From Chrysemys picta bellii (taxonomy: Eukaryota): DNA of 64,000 bases. Where the stretch lies: NCBI RefSeq assembly GCF_011386835.1, contig NC_088794.1, positions 84,630,001 to 84,694,000 of the forward strand, in the 5' to 3' direction. The first letter of the stretch is position 1; each line of letters starts with the position of its first letter. The notes beneath the pieces are model-generated. The model saw only the letters and a list, made by a program, of their open reading frames with translations, ran no database searches and was not told the origin of the DNA. A program made the position numbers and the translations under genes. Shown here piece by piece: positions 12,859-23,415 of the stretch.

Positions 12859-13560
12859 GTGGTTTCCTTCCCAATTCACAGCTCCCACTCCCCTCCATGA
12901 TCGGGACTGTCCTCAGAATGTCTTGTTCAGCTTTGTTTCTGGGTGAATCCCTTACCAACAGGTCAATGGCCAGTGGACAGAGATGAACCCCTTTTCTGCC
13001 TGAGGGCAACTGCAAAAATAATAAACATCTTTGTAAATAGCCAGGGGTAGTGATGAGCCAAAGGGCAACAACCTGCATTGGAAATGACGAGGTTGAAAGG
13101 CAAAATGAAGAAATCTGCTATGAGACTGATGAATGGGGATGTGGAGGTCTGCATCTTATAAGTCAACTGACAGAAAATCTTCTCTGTAGTCAGGGGGACT
13201 TTGGCATTTCCATTTTGAATTTGCACTTCCTCAGGAACTTTTTGAGATTCTTCAGGTTTATTTCCCTGTTGCTGCTTCATTTCTTCTTGACCAAGAATAA
13301 ATCCAAATACAAACCTTGCTCCCTTTTTGGGGCTGGGACTGGTTCTATTATTCCAAAGTGCAGGAGATGAAGAACAGCTGATTACTTTTGCCCATGTTTT
13401 TGAGGGTTCTTGAAAGAAGGGAAATGGATAAAGCTGGAAGAAAGGGAACTAAGCAGATCCAGTATATACCCTCTTTCTGAGGCCTCTAGAAACCACTTAT
13501 CGGTGGTGTTTCGAGGCCAACAATCTGCAACTGGCAAAGATAATCATCTACACACTAGTC
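12859..13560 (-). mobile_element. DIRS remnant: reverse transcriptase N-terminal half
   Basis: TTDKWFLE..GY, GIIEPVP..GLYLDLFLVKK, KFKME, DL*DADLHIPIHQSHSRFLHF..FQCRLLPFG and GVHLCPLAIDLLVR (degenerate YLDD position); may extend further toward 13.9 kb. Confidence 0.8.
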
Positions 13561-14034
13561 CATCCCAGCTTGTTACAGCAGCAGTCATATATTAAAAACT
13601 GGAGAACCGGATGGTCTTGTGGATATCACCTCCGAATAACTGTCTTTGGTTCTAGACCACTCTCTTCTAGAGTGGCTGGGATTGTCTCGTCTCCTAAGCC
13701 TGATGTTCTGGAAAGAGTGCTTGTGTCTGGAATAGACTCCTGTGAAGAGTGGCAAGGAGCCTCAGAAACTAAGGAAAAAAATGGGTTGGGACAGGAGTCT
13801 GAAAGGGGGAGAGGGATGGGACTAGAAAGAAACAAAGAAATTGCCACCAGACTAGTGGTCAATGCCACTTGCTTCAGAAAAAGATGCAAGAAACCCTGTA
13901 GTATACACTTTCGGAAGAGTCTGCCTATAGAGAAGTTTCTTACTAACCATTGTCAGAGGCTAGCTTATGCCCTAAAGCCTGAAGGTTTACATCTTGTTAT
14001 TTTATTTCCTACTGAATGTAACTGTGGATGTTCT

Positions 14035-15050
14035 CATTATCCATATAAGCATCTAATTCTTTTTGGAATCCTGCTAAACTCTTGACTTTTATAGTATCTT
14101 GTTGCAGTGACTTCCACAACTAAATTAGTGTAAAAAATATTTCCTTGAGACCCATTAATCTTCTGCCATGGTGAAAACTGAGTGAGTCATTCCTACTTTT
14201 TAGTTCCACAGCCAGCTTCTAATCCATTATTGTACTTTGTCTCTCACCCCATGACTATTTAGCTTTTTTAACAGCCTTTTCCAAGGGACTTTGTCAAAGT
14301 CATTTTGAAAATCCAAACCATTCTCCTTTATTCACAATATCAACATGTCTAAAAAGTCTAACAGACTAGAGCAGGGGTAGGCAACCTATGGCACACGTGC
14401 CAAAAGCGGCACGCGAGCTGATTTTCAGTGACACTCACACTGCCCAGGTCCTGGACACCGATCTGGGGGGCTCTGCATTTTAATTTAATTTTAAATGAAG
14501 TTTCCAAACATTTTAAAAACCTTATTTACTTTACAATAATAGTTTAGTTATATATTACAGACTTATAGAAAGAGACCTTTTAAAAACATTAAAATGTATT
14601 ACTGGCAGGCGAAACCTTAAATTAGAGCGACTAAATGAAGACTCGGTACATCACTTCTGAAAGGTTGCCGACCCCCTGGACTAGAGTATGACTTTCCTTT
14701 GCAGAAGGTGTGCTAGTTAGTCCACATATCATATTTATCTATATGTTTTCATTCTATTTTTAAATAGAATTCCTATCAATTTCGCTATTATCAAAATAAG
14801 GTTTATTATTTTGTAATTCTTTGGATCACCCCTAGCAACTTTTCTAAAGATGTGTTGCCTTCTAGCTCTCTGGTATAACAGCTAATTTTAATGAGAAATG
14901 GCAGATTTTTCTTGGCAGTTCATTAAGTTTTTTCAGAACTCTTGAATGTATATCCTCTAATCCTAGTAACTTGCTGCTATTCATCAATTTGTTCCAGCAC
15001 TTTTTCTTTTGATATCTCAATCACTGTCAGTATCTCATTTTTATAACCTG
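14035..15050 (-). mobile_element. Old CR1 fragment interrupted by a hAT MITE
   Basis: Decayed CR1 ORF2-like sequence (e.g. GGGACTTTGTCAAAGTCATTTTGAAAATCC; ATGACTTTCC); boundaries approximate. Confidence 0.6.
14372..14678. mobile_element. hAT MITE
   Basis: TIRs CAGGGGTAGGCAACC / GGTTGCCGACCCCCTG; exact 8-bp TSD GACTAGAG at 14364-71 and 14679-86. Confidence 0.9.
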
Positions 15051-17218
15051 AAAACTGCAGGTCCAGGGTAACTATTTAGCTAGTCTTCCTCTCCATACAT
15101 TAGCACAACCAGAGTGCACTGCGCCATGTACTGCTGTTCTTGCCATTCTGTGTCTATGTCCTCCAGCTATGAGATATCTGCCCAGGTTTTCCCAGAATAC
15201 ATGGAAAACCATAGTAAGGCAAAGTGGAAGATATGGATGCCCAAATAACTATGATGGCAGAAAAGCTGCTGTATGAACACAAACGGAAGGGTGTTACTTG
15301 TAACTAGCTAAGGTTACCATACCTCTCACTGGTTAAATCATAGTTAAAAACTTTAAGGTATGCACAGCTTTGCGTGGCTTGTAACTGTTAAGTGTGGACT
15401 GAGAAAAAGGCTTTTTTTAGTGTCAACTGGGTGTTGAAGTTCACATCTTACTGAAGTGAACAGAATAGGAAGGAGCAAGTCCCCCTACCTTACTGTTTCT
15501 GGTACTGGCTGGAAAAAGTTTTCTGTAAAGCTGATTTAACAGAATAGGCATCGTTAAAGACAAAAACATTGCTAAAGACAAGTTAAGGCTCTGTAGAAAA
15601 GTGGGAGGGGAGAGAAGCAATAATGATGGATTCACTCTAAAAATGCAAGAATCCATGATTATTTCATGCCTAAGAGATTGCCCCTTCCCCTTAAATCCAG
15701 TCTGGTACTGGCAAGTTGAAAATGACCACAATCAGCAGCATCTATGGCAAAAAAAATAGAGAGGTAAAGGAAAACTTCATCACAATATAAGAGATATTCC
15801 AATCATTACATCTATTAGAAAGAAGAAAGTTGGTAAACAAGCGTGTCTTAAAGGTAATTAAAAAAATTAATAATTAACTAAGAAGCAACCATAGTGACAA
15901 TCTATAGCTTACAATGAATACGTAGGAAAGAAATGGCCTGTAAGTTACTGAAAGGCAAGTTCTACACTTTTACATCGCTGCAGACAAAGCACTTTAAAAG
16001 TAATCAATTTTAAAACATATCTGAGCTTTCAACAGCTTTTGTTATTTTAAATTGGATAACTTGAAAGTGATTTACTAGTATTAAATTTAACAAAAATAGT
16101 CAGATGTTTCTTCCAACAATAGTTACAGTTCCTGCTTTCTCAGGAATTCAAATACAAGTAACGCCATGATCCTCCAGACACTTATGCATGTAAATAATTC
16201 CAGCTGGTTTAATGGGATTACTCAGATGTATAAATTTAAGTATATAATTAATGCTTGGTCTACATGTAAAAGTGATATCAACATAACTATGTCAGTCAGG
16301 GTGTGAAAACCCCCTCCACATCCCTGACCATCATAGACATGCTGACAAACTCATTCCCACTCTTTCCCTCTCCACACCCCCCAGACACATACACACACTG
16401 TAAAAGAGGGCTTCTGTCACGGTAGCTAATGTTGTCCAGAGAGGTGGTACTCCTACACCGACAGAAAAACTTCTATTGATGTAGGCCACTTCTACATGAG
16501 GGGGCTAGGTCAGCATAAGCTCTGTAACGTAGATATAACCTAAGTGTTTGCAGGATCGGTGCTCCAGTCCTACTCTCCAATACAATATTAGAATCTTGGT
16601 GCCAAGAAATAAAATGGCATCTATAACAGAGATCATTGTGGAAGAATGCAGCTACATTATAAAATGTCATACCATTTTTCAGCACTGGTACTAGCAACAG
16701 TTTTAAGTACTCCTGTAGACTGAGCTCAAGTGTTTTTTGCACTATGTCTTGAAGCCCCTTATCTAGTAAATAGTTAACTATCTAGAGTCTAGTGGCTAGA
16801 TCCTGCAACTGGATCCATCTAGGCACAACCCATGCGCCTAAGTGGGTAGATCCCCTTTGACTTCAATGGGGTTCTGTGTTGGCAGACCTGCACCTGGGCA
16901 GATTCAGATGTGGGATATAATCCTAAACCCCACACAACAGGAGCTTGCCTACCACAGGCAGCCAGGTGAGTAGCAGCTTCAAATATCTGACACACTGGGG
17001 TACAGGGCTCCCATAACATCCAACACAGCCAGTGCTGAAATAGCACCACTACTGGCTGCTCAAGATTTAGGTCTTGAAACAGCTCTGGAAAGGACAACAG
17101 AAAGTTCTTAACAGATTCCTAAAACGTTAGAAATAGTTAGGAAAGGGATAGATAAGAAGACAGAATATATCATTATGCCACTATATAAGTCCATGGTATC
17201 CCCCACATCTTGAATACT

Positions 17219-17444
17219 CGAAAAGAAGAACAGGAGTACTTGTGGCACCTTAGAGACTAACAAATTTATTAGAGCATAAGCTTTCGTGGACTACAGCCCA
17301 CTTCTTCGGATGCATCCGAAGAAGTGGGCTGTAGTCCACGAAAGCTTATGCTCTAATAAATTTGTTAGTCTCTAAGGTGCCACAAGTACTCCTGTTCTTC
17401 TTTTTGCGGATACAGACTAACACGGCTGCTACTCTGAAACCTGT
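17219..17444. mobile_element. Penelope-like element terminal repeat, inverted-duplicated (perfect 184-bp palindrome at 17221-17404)
   Basis: 92-bp arms checked base by base with no mismatch and no spacer; 13-bp direct repeat CATCTTGAATACT at 17206-18 and 17445-57; family recognised from recalled turtle Penelope pLTR sequence. Confidence 0.8.
17312..17351 (+). ncRNA. Minimal type I hammerhead-like motif (mirror copy on - strand at 17274-17313)
   Basis: GCAT-CCGAAGA-A-GTGGGC-TGTA-GTCCAC-GAA-AGCT-T-ATGC: stem I GCAT/ATGC, variant core, 6-bp stem II, palindromic stem III; the core differs from canonical CUGANGA. Confidence 0.5.
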
Positions 17445-18534
17445 CATCTTGAATACTGTGTGCTGTTCTGGTCACCCATCTCAAAAAAGATGTATTGGAA
17501 CTGGAAACTGCAGACAAGGGCAACAAAAATGATTAGCGAGACAACAGTTTCCATATGAGGAGAGATTGAAAAGACTGGGATTGTTCAGCTTAGAAAACAG
17601 ACAGCTGAGGGGGGATATGGTAGAGATTTGTAAAATCATGGATGCTATGGAGAAAATGAATAGGGAATTGTTATTTATCCCTTTATCCCTAACACAAAAA
17701 GGTGGGGTCACCTGACGAAATTAATAGATAGCAAGTTTAAAACTAACCTAAGGAAGTACTTCACACAGCGCACAGTCAACCTGTTGAACCCATTGTCAGG
17801 AGATGATGTGAAAGCCAAAAATATAATTGGTTCGGGAAAGAATTAGATAAATTCATGGAGGATAGGTCCATCAATGGCTATTAGCCAAGACTGTTCAGGG
17901 ACACAACCCCGTGCCCTGGGTGTCCCTAACTTCTGACTACCAGAAGCTAGGACTAGACATCAGGGGATGGATCTCTTGATAATTGCCCTGTTCTGTTCAT
18001 TCCCCTGACTCATCTGGCACTGGCCACTGCCAGAAGACAGGATACTGGGCTAGCGAGACCACTTGTCTGACCCAGTGTGGCCCCCCCTCTTACGTTCTCA
18101 TGTAAATATTTGACGTTCTTGCACTAAAAATATCTCTCTCTCTCTCCACAGCTGCCTCCAGCATCACTGAGAACAAGCACACGGGAGGATTTAGGATGTT
18201 CACACAGTGTAATAAACTCCATTTGTTAAACTGAGCTATAAAAAAGTGTTACTTAAAGGCACCTGTAATAAGTTTGGCAATTCCTGTAGTCACTGGTTCT
18301 AATCTAGTAAAACTCTCAAGCCCAAGAAAAAAAGATGAGCTCTACAACACGATCAGGTTATCAAGTACAAATCCAGCAGACCAAAGTAGAAACACAATAG
18401 AGTCAGAGACCCCTCATACATAACTTTCTGCTTTCTCTTTTCTACATCAAGGGAGTTCCACCTCAAACACATCTTGATCGCAGTGGGACAGTACAGCACA
18501 AGGAGAGCATTTGAAAAGTTTCCCTTACACTTAC

Positions 18535-18591
18535 CAGCATGAGGACCAAGCCTACAATTTTACATGTGAAAAACACCAGCACTACCATTCC
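18535..18591 (-). other. Candidate 57-nt 5' exon of the minus-strand gene (probably CELF1)
   Basis: Acceptor tgttaactttcatttctctaaatttag|GG and donor CTG|GTAAGT; no repeat character seen. Confidence 0.4.
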
Positions 18592-19757
18592 CTAAATTTA
18601 GAGAAATGAAAGTTAACATATTTTATTGTAGCATTGTCTTTCAACTTCCAATTCAATAAACTTTTTTTCCCCTAAATAGCTTACTCTTTCACCAAGGCTT
18701 TTGTTACACCTTGTTTTCTCTTCTCATCATCATCCTATATTTTCTTTCCTATTATCAATTTCCTCTTCCACCAAGTCTTTATATCTTTCTTTCCCTGCAC
18801 TGTTCTCTGTCTTTCCCCTTGTATTGCCTTTCTCACATATTTACCGCAAAGAGGTCTCAGTTATGTACTTTACTTCCCCTTTCTTATTCTCTTACTCCCT
18901 TCCCATTTACCCACCTAAATGAAAGCCTATCTGAACATCTCATCCAGCTTCCCACCACTGTAACACTTCACCAACCCAAGAAACTAACAGAGCTGAGTGA
19001 GCCAGCAAAGATATATGAAAAATGGATTGGAGCCGAGTATCTGTTGGACACCAGCTGGAGACCGCAGAGAAGTTAAAGGGCGTGAGCCCCAAAACTATAT
19101 CAGGACAGCGATTCTGTTTCCTTTCAGCATTTTCAAGGGAATGTTTTCATGAGATGTAGTCAGAGCACGAACGCTACAGGGAATTGGCTCGCCTCGTAGC
19201 CAGAAACATCGCAATCCATGCAAAGTGCCCCCTTCCCCATGGACGGCGCCATTAAGCGGTTCTGGAGCGCTTACGGCCCCTGCCCCAATCAGCGCCGTTA
19301 GCCCCAGGCAGGGCACACGGCGCGGCACAGCCGGCTCGCACACCCTATTAGCGCTTCTAGGGAGCTCGGCCCTAGCCCGCTCCACAAATGCGGATTATCG
19401 AGGGACCTGGGAGCCTCCGAGACAATATCAGCCACTCGCCCAGCCCCAGCGGCTCCTGGGTCGCCACAGGGCATATCTCCTGGCACTGAGACTCCGGAAC
19501 AGCAGGCAAGCGGGGGACGGCTCCGAACTCCCCGGGGACCGACTCTCGCCAAGAGCCCTTTCAGGGGAGCGAGCGAGTCCCCACCCGCCCCACGGGCAGA
19601 GACAGAGCGGGGGAAGCACCAGGCCGGGGACCAGCCGAGCAGGTGGCTCCCTATGGGGAGGGGACCAGAGAGGCCCGGGCCCGTGATGGCCCCTAGCCAG
19701 GGACTCAAGGGAGGGGGAGGCCGGTCCCGTTAACCGGGATGGGCGGGTCTCACTTAC

Positions 19758-19860
19758 CGTTGGCTCCGCACTGTCCCTGCCCGGCCCGGGCACCTCCTGG
19801 CGGCCGCCGCCCTCACCTGCCCCGGGGATCCGCCCGCGCCCCTCTCCGCTCCCTCCGCCT
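19758..19860 (-). other. CELF1: Probable non-coding first exon of CELF1; sequence to the left is its first intron
   Basis: Minus-strand donors ACG|GTAAGT (exon end 19758) and CAG|GTGAGG (19817) in the island. The name rests only on conserved synteny (CELF1 head-to-head with PTPMT1); no coding exon is in the window and the TSS is approximate. Confidence 0.45.
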
Positions 19861-20143
19861 CAGGCCGGCTTCGCAAGATGGCGGCGCTTCCGGGAGAGAC
19901 CATGGAGGGCCCGGGGGCAGTGAGACAGGGGAAGGCGCAAGCTCCAAGGCCCCTCCCGCGCAGTGAGTCCGTCCGGCTCCCACCGACTCCCCTTCGCCCG
20001 CGCGGTGAGCCCGTCCGCCCCCCAGCTCCCACTCCCAGTGAGCCCGTCCGCGCGCCCTCGCCGCCCACCCGCCTAGTGAACTCGCCCGCCTCCTTTCACC
20101 CCTCACCGCCGAGCAAACCAGCCGGCCCCCTGCGGCTGCGAGG

Positions 20144-20314
20144 ATGGGGGTGGCGGTCGCGCTGGGCTCCGGGGCCGCCCGGCTCTTCTTCTACCCGACG
20201 CTGCTCTACACCCTGGTGCGGGAGCGGCTGCCCGGCTCCCAGCGGCCCTGGTTTCACCGCATCGACCGGGCCGTGCTGCTGGGGGCGCTGCCGCTGCGGG
20301 CACGGAGCCGCAGG
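20144..20314 (+). CDS. PTPMT1: Mitochondrial phosphatidylglycerophosphatase PTPMT1, exon 1
   Basis: MGVAVALGSGAARLFFYPTLLY...WFHRIDRAVLLGALPLRARSRR; donor AGG|GTAACG; 57 codons. Confidence 0.93.
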
Positions 20315-20418
20315 GTAACGGAGCACAGGGCGGGGGGGAGGCGGTCCGGGCGGGGGGCGGCGCGGGCTCTCACCCGCCTGCCCGCACCCAGCCGGCTCTG
20401 ACTCTGTCTTCCCCGCAG

Positions 20419-20499
20419 CTGGTGGAAGAGGAGAACGTGCGCGGGGTGCTCACCCTGAACGAGGAGTATGAGACCCGCTTCCTCTGCTGCTCCGCCCAG
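20419..20499 (+). CDS. PTPMT1: PTPMT1 exon 2
   Basis: ttccccgcag|LVEEENVRGVLTLNEEYETRFLCCSAQ|gtgagc; 81 nt, phase 0. Confidence 0.96.
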
Positions 20500-23246
20500 G
20501 TGAGCCGGAGACTGGGCCTGCCCCGCACGTGCGGGGCCTCCGCTCCTCCGGGTCGCAGGGCGGTGTGAGCGGTTGGGTGGGGAGCGTCCCAGTCCCCGGC
20601 AAGGCTGCGGTGTGGCTGTCACGAGCCCCTGCACTTCTCCGCCCTGCCAGCGGGGTGGGTAACTTTTCTCTCTCCGCGGGCAGAGTGGCCTGGACCATTG
20701 ACAGGCTCCAGACTTTCAGCCCAGGAAGAGCCGTTACTCCCCTGAAGGGAGACGCTCCCTGTTCTAATCCCCCTACTGCTTTCCAAACCTCTACTCGGCG
20801 TGCAAAGTTTGAGCGCTTTAACACGATTTCTAGTTGAACAGAGCTAAATGCTATATACTAAAATGTTTGCGGGGGGGAAGTTTGGTTTGTGGAAAGGGAG
20901 TATTCAGCCCAGCCCTTCATTTAACACAAGAATAATAAATTAATTTAGTGCTGGAAAGAGCCACGTCTAGTATAGAGCCACTGAGGAGGCGGATAGAGGT
21001 TAGAGAGGTGTTTGGTCTCATGGCCTGTTTACTTTTGTGTCTCTTGTGAGAATGTGTAGAAGCCGGCCAGTTAGCAGCTACTGTAGCGGTGACATCTGTC
21101 CAACAGAAACTGTACTCATCTGGCCATCATTTATTATGGGTGTGCAGTCAATGTGCTTGGAGCTGTACAACACACAGTCCCTGCAGCCTATTAGAGAAGA
21201 CAGTTCAATCTTTCATATTACCTGGTGAGGTGAAGATCAAATTTCAAACCATTATGGACAATTCTAACTATTGAGTTCTGCACTTCTCTGGTGGTTGGAC
21301 TTTGATGGACTTTGTTCACTAGTGACCTGGGCCAGATTTGAAACTATCCGTGAAAGGCTCTTTATGCCCTTACCAATCCCTAGAGGTATCCAAACCTGCC
21401 GCATTACTGAAGCTCCAGAGAACCTCTGAAGCACAGTTACAACCAAGTATTTCTGACAATAGCAAGCAACATTAGTTTCATAACATCAGATCCTGAAAGC
21501 GACTAACAGTTGAAGTTAGAAGCTCTGGAGTAACATGATGCATGATTGGCGAATATGGAATAAGCAGGGTAGTTCCTGCTATAGAAATAGAAATGTATGA
21601 GTTAAGGGCTGTCTGATCTGCTTTCTTGTCGGAAAGCAGCCAGTGTCAGATGCCTCTGAGGAAGGAATAACACTACCCCTCAGCATGTATTTTTGCCATA
21701 CTGTACCACAAGGGAAATCTTTTTCTGCCCTGTCTGGTTGGGACTAGTTCCCACCCTAAATAATGAGGGAGTTGAAAGTCCTGTAACATCCTTTGTAGTG
21801 TCTCTGGAGACAATATATTTAATACTTAAGTGGAATGTACAAAGCTGTTTCCTACTGTGATCTCTTGCTGCAATAAATTCCAGAATACATAGCACCATAG
21901 CTCTACCCTTTTAGAGTGAATTAAGACTTGATTTCTTCACCCAGAAACTGACAGTCAACATTCAGTTTAATAACATAAAAAAAATGGTAGTGAGGAGGAA
22001 GAGAGCAGCAACATTGGAGGAGACAGAAGTTGAGGAGTATTCTACATTTCATTAAAATTTCTTCACAGATTGTAGCATTGTTGCCCTAACTTCAGAGGGC
22101 ACCTCTTGTTCCCAGATGGAGAGCCCAATTGGCTTTCTCTGTACCACTTAATGTATTAACCTCTCCTCTTACCCAGTACGTCCATTCTTATGTTCTAGAT
22201 AAGACCAATGGTCCATTTAGCCTAGTATCCTGTCTCTGACTGTGGCCAGTGCGAGATGCTTCAGAGGGAATGGACAGAACAGGGCAATTTCGAGTGATAC
22301 TCTCATCCAGTCCCATCTTCTGGCAGTTGGAGGCTGAGGGACTCCTGGAGCCTGGTAGCTATTGATGGACTTATCCTTTATGAACTTATTTAAATCTTTT
22401 TTGCACTCAGTTATACTCTTGGCCTTCATAATATCCCATAGCAACGAGTTTCACAGGCTGACTGTGTATTTTGCGAAGTACTTCTTTATGTTTGTTGTAA
22501 ACCTGCTGCCCATTCATTTCATCTGGTGACCACTAGTTCTTGTGTTATTTGAAGTGCTAAATAACACTTTCCTATTTGCTTTCTTCATAGTGTTCAGGAT
22601 TTTATAGACCTCTATCATATCCTCCCTCTGTCATCTCTTTTCTAAACTGAACAGTTCTAGTCTGTTTAATCTCTCCTCATATGGAAGCTGTTCTATACTC
22701 CTAATCGTTTATGTTGCCCTTCTCTGCACCGTTTCCAATTGTAATTTATCTTTTTTTGAGATGAGGTGACCAGAACTGCATGAAGTACTCAAGATGTGGG
22801 CGTACAATGCATTTATAGAGGGGCATTGTGATATTTTCAATCTTATTTTCTATCCTTTTCCTAATGTAGCTTAACATTTTTTAACTGGTGCTGAACATTG
22901 AGCAGATGTTTTCAGAGAACTATCCACAATGACTCCAAGATCTTTCTTGAGTGGTAACAGCTAATTTAGACCCAATCATTTTGTGTGTATAGTTGGGATT
23001 ATTTTTTCCAATGTGCATTGTTTGGCATTTATCATTGAATTTCATCTGCCATTTTATCATCCAGTCACCCAGTTTAATTAAACCCTTTTGTAGCTCTTCA
23101 CAGTCATTTTTGGACTTAACTAGCTTGAGTAATTTTGCATAGTCTTCAGATTTTGCTACCTCACTGTTCACCCTCTCTTCCAGCTCATTTATGCATATCT
23201 TGAACAGCACAAGTCCTGGTACAAATTCTTAAGGGGAAAAAAAAAA

Positions 23247-23415
23247 TGGAGATATCCCATCTCCTAGAACTGGAAGGGACCTTGAAAGGTCATCGAGTCC
23301 AGCCCCCTGCCTTCACTAGCAGGACCAAGTACTGATTTTGCCCCAGATTCCCAAGGATTGAACTCACAACCCTGGGTTTAGCAGGCCAATGCTCAAACCA
23401 CTGAGCTATCCCCCC
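23247..23415 (-). mobile_element. Tortoise-type tRNA-derived Pol III SINE with CR1 3' tail
   Basis: Minus strand has A box TAGCTCAGTGG, B box GTGAGTTCAATCC (23355-67), then a CR1-like tail GGACTCGATGACCTTTCAAGGTCCCTTCCAG. Confidence 0.88.

Larger units (their letters stand above)
17123..18100 (+). mobile_element. CR1 3' fragment split by a Penelope-like insertion
   Basis: CR1 sequence CCCACATCTTGAATACTG..TTCTGGTCACC resumes after the insert and runs to a degenerate tail. Confidence 0.85.
19200..20700. promoter_or_regulatory. CpG island, bidirectional promoter (CELF1 - / PTPMT1 +)
   Basis: Very high GC and CpG density; YY1 motif CAAGATGGCGGC at 19874-85; ETS core CTTCCGG at 19887-93. Confidence 0.85.

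Noticed and set aside
13570-14085. 171-aa ORF on + strand
   Set aside because: No recognisable domain or splice context; adjacent to or antisense within the DIRS and CR1 remnants.
17221-17404. CRISPR-like or pre-miRNA interpretation of the palindrome
   Set aside because: No repeat-spacer array in this eukaryotic DNA; the TSD and Penelope-type sequence explain it, and it is too long and perfect for a typical miRNA hairpin.
19095-20837. Many long overlapping ORFs on both strands
   Set aside because: Expected from stop-poor GC-rich CpG-island sequence; only the PTPMT1 exons (and the uORF as a regulatory candidate) have support.
23340-23415. tRNA gene
   Set aside because: A and B boxes are present, but it is fused to a CR1 tail and lacks a full cloverleaf, so it is a SINE head.
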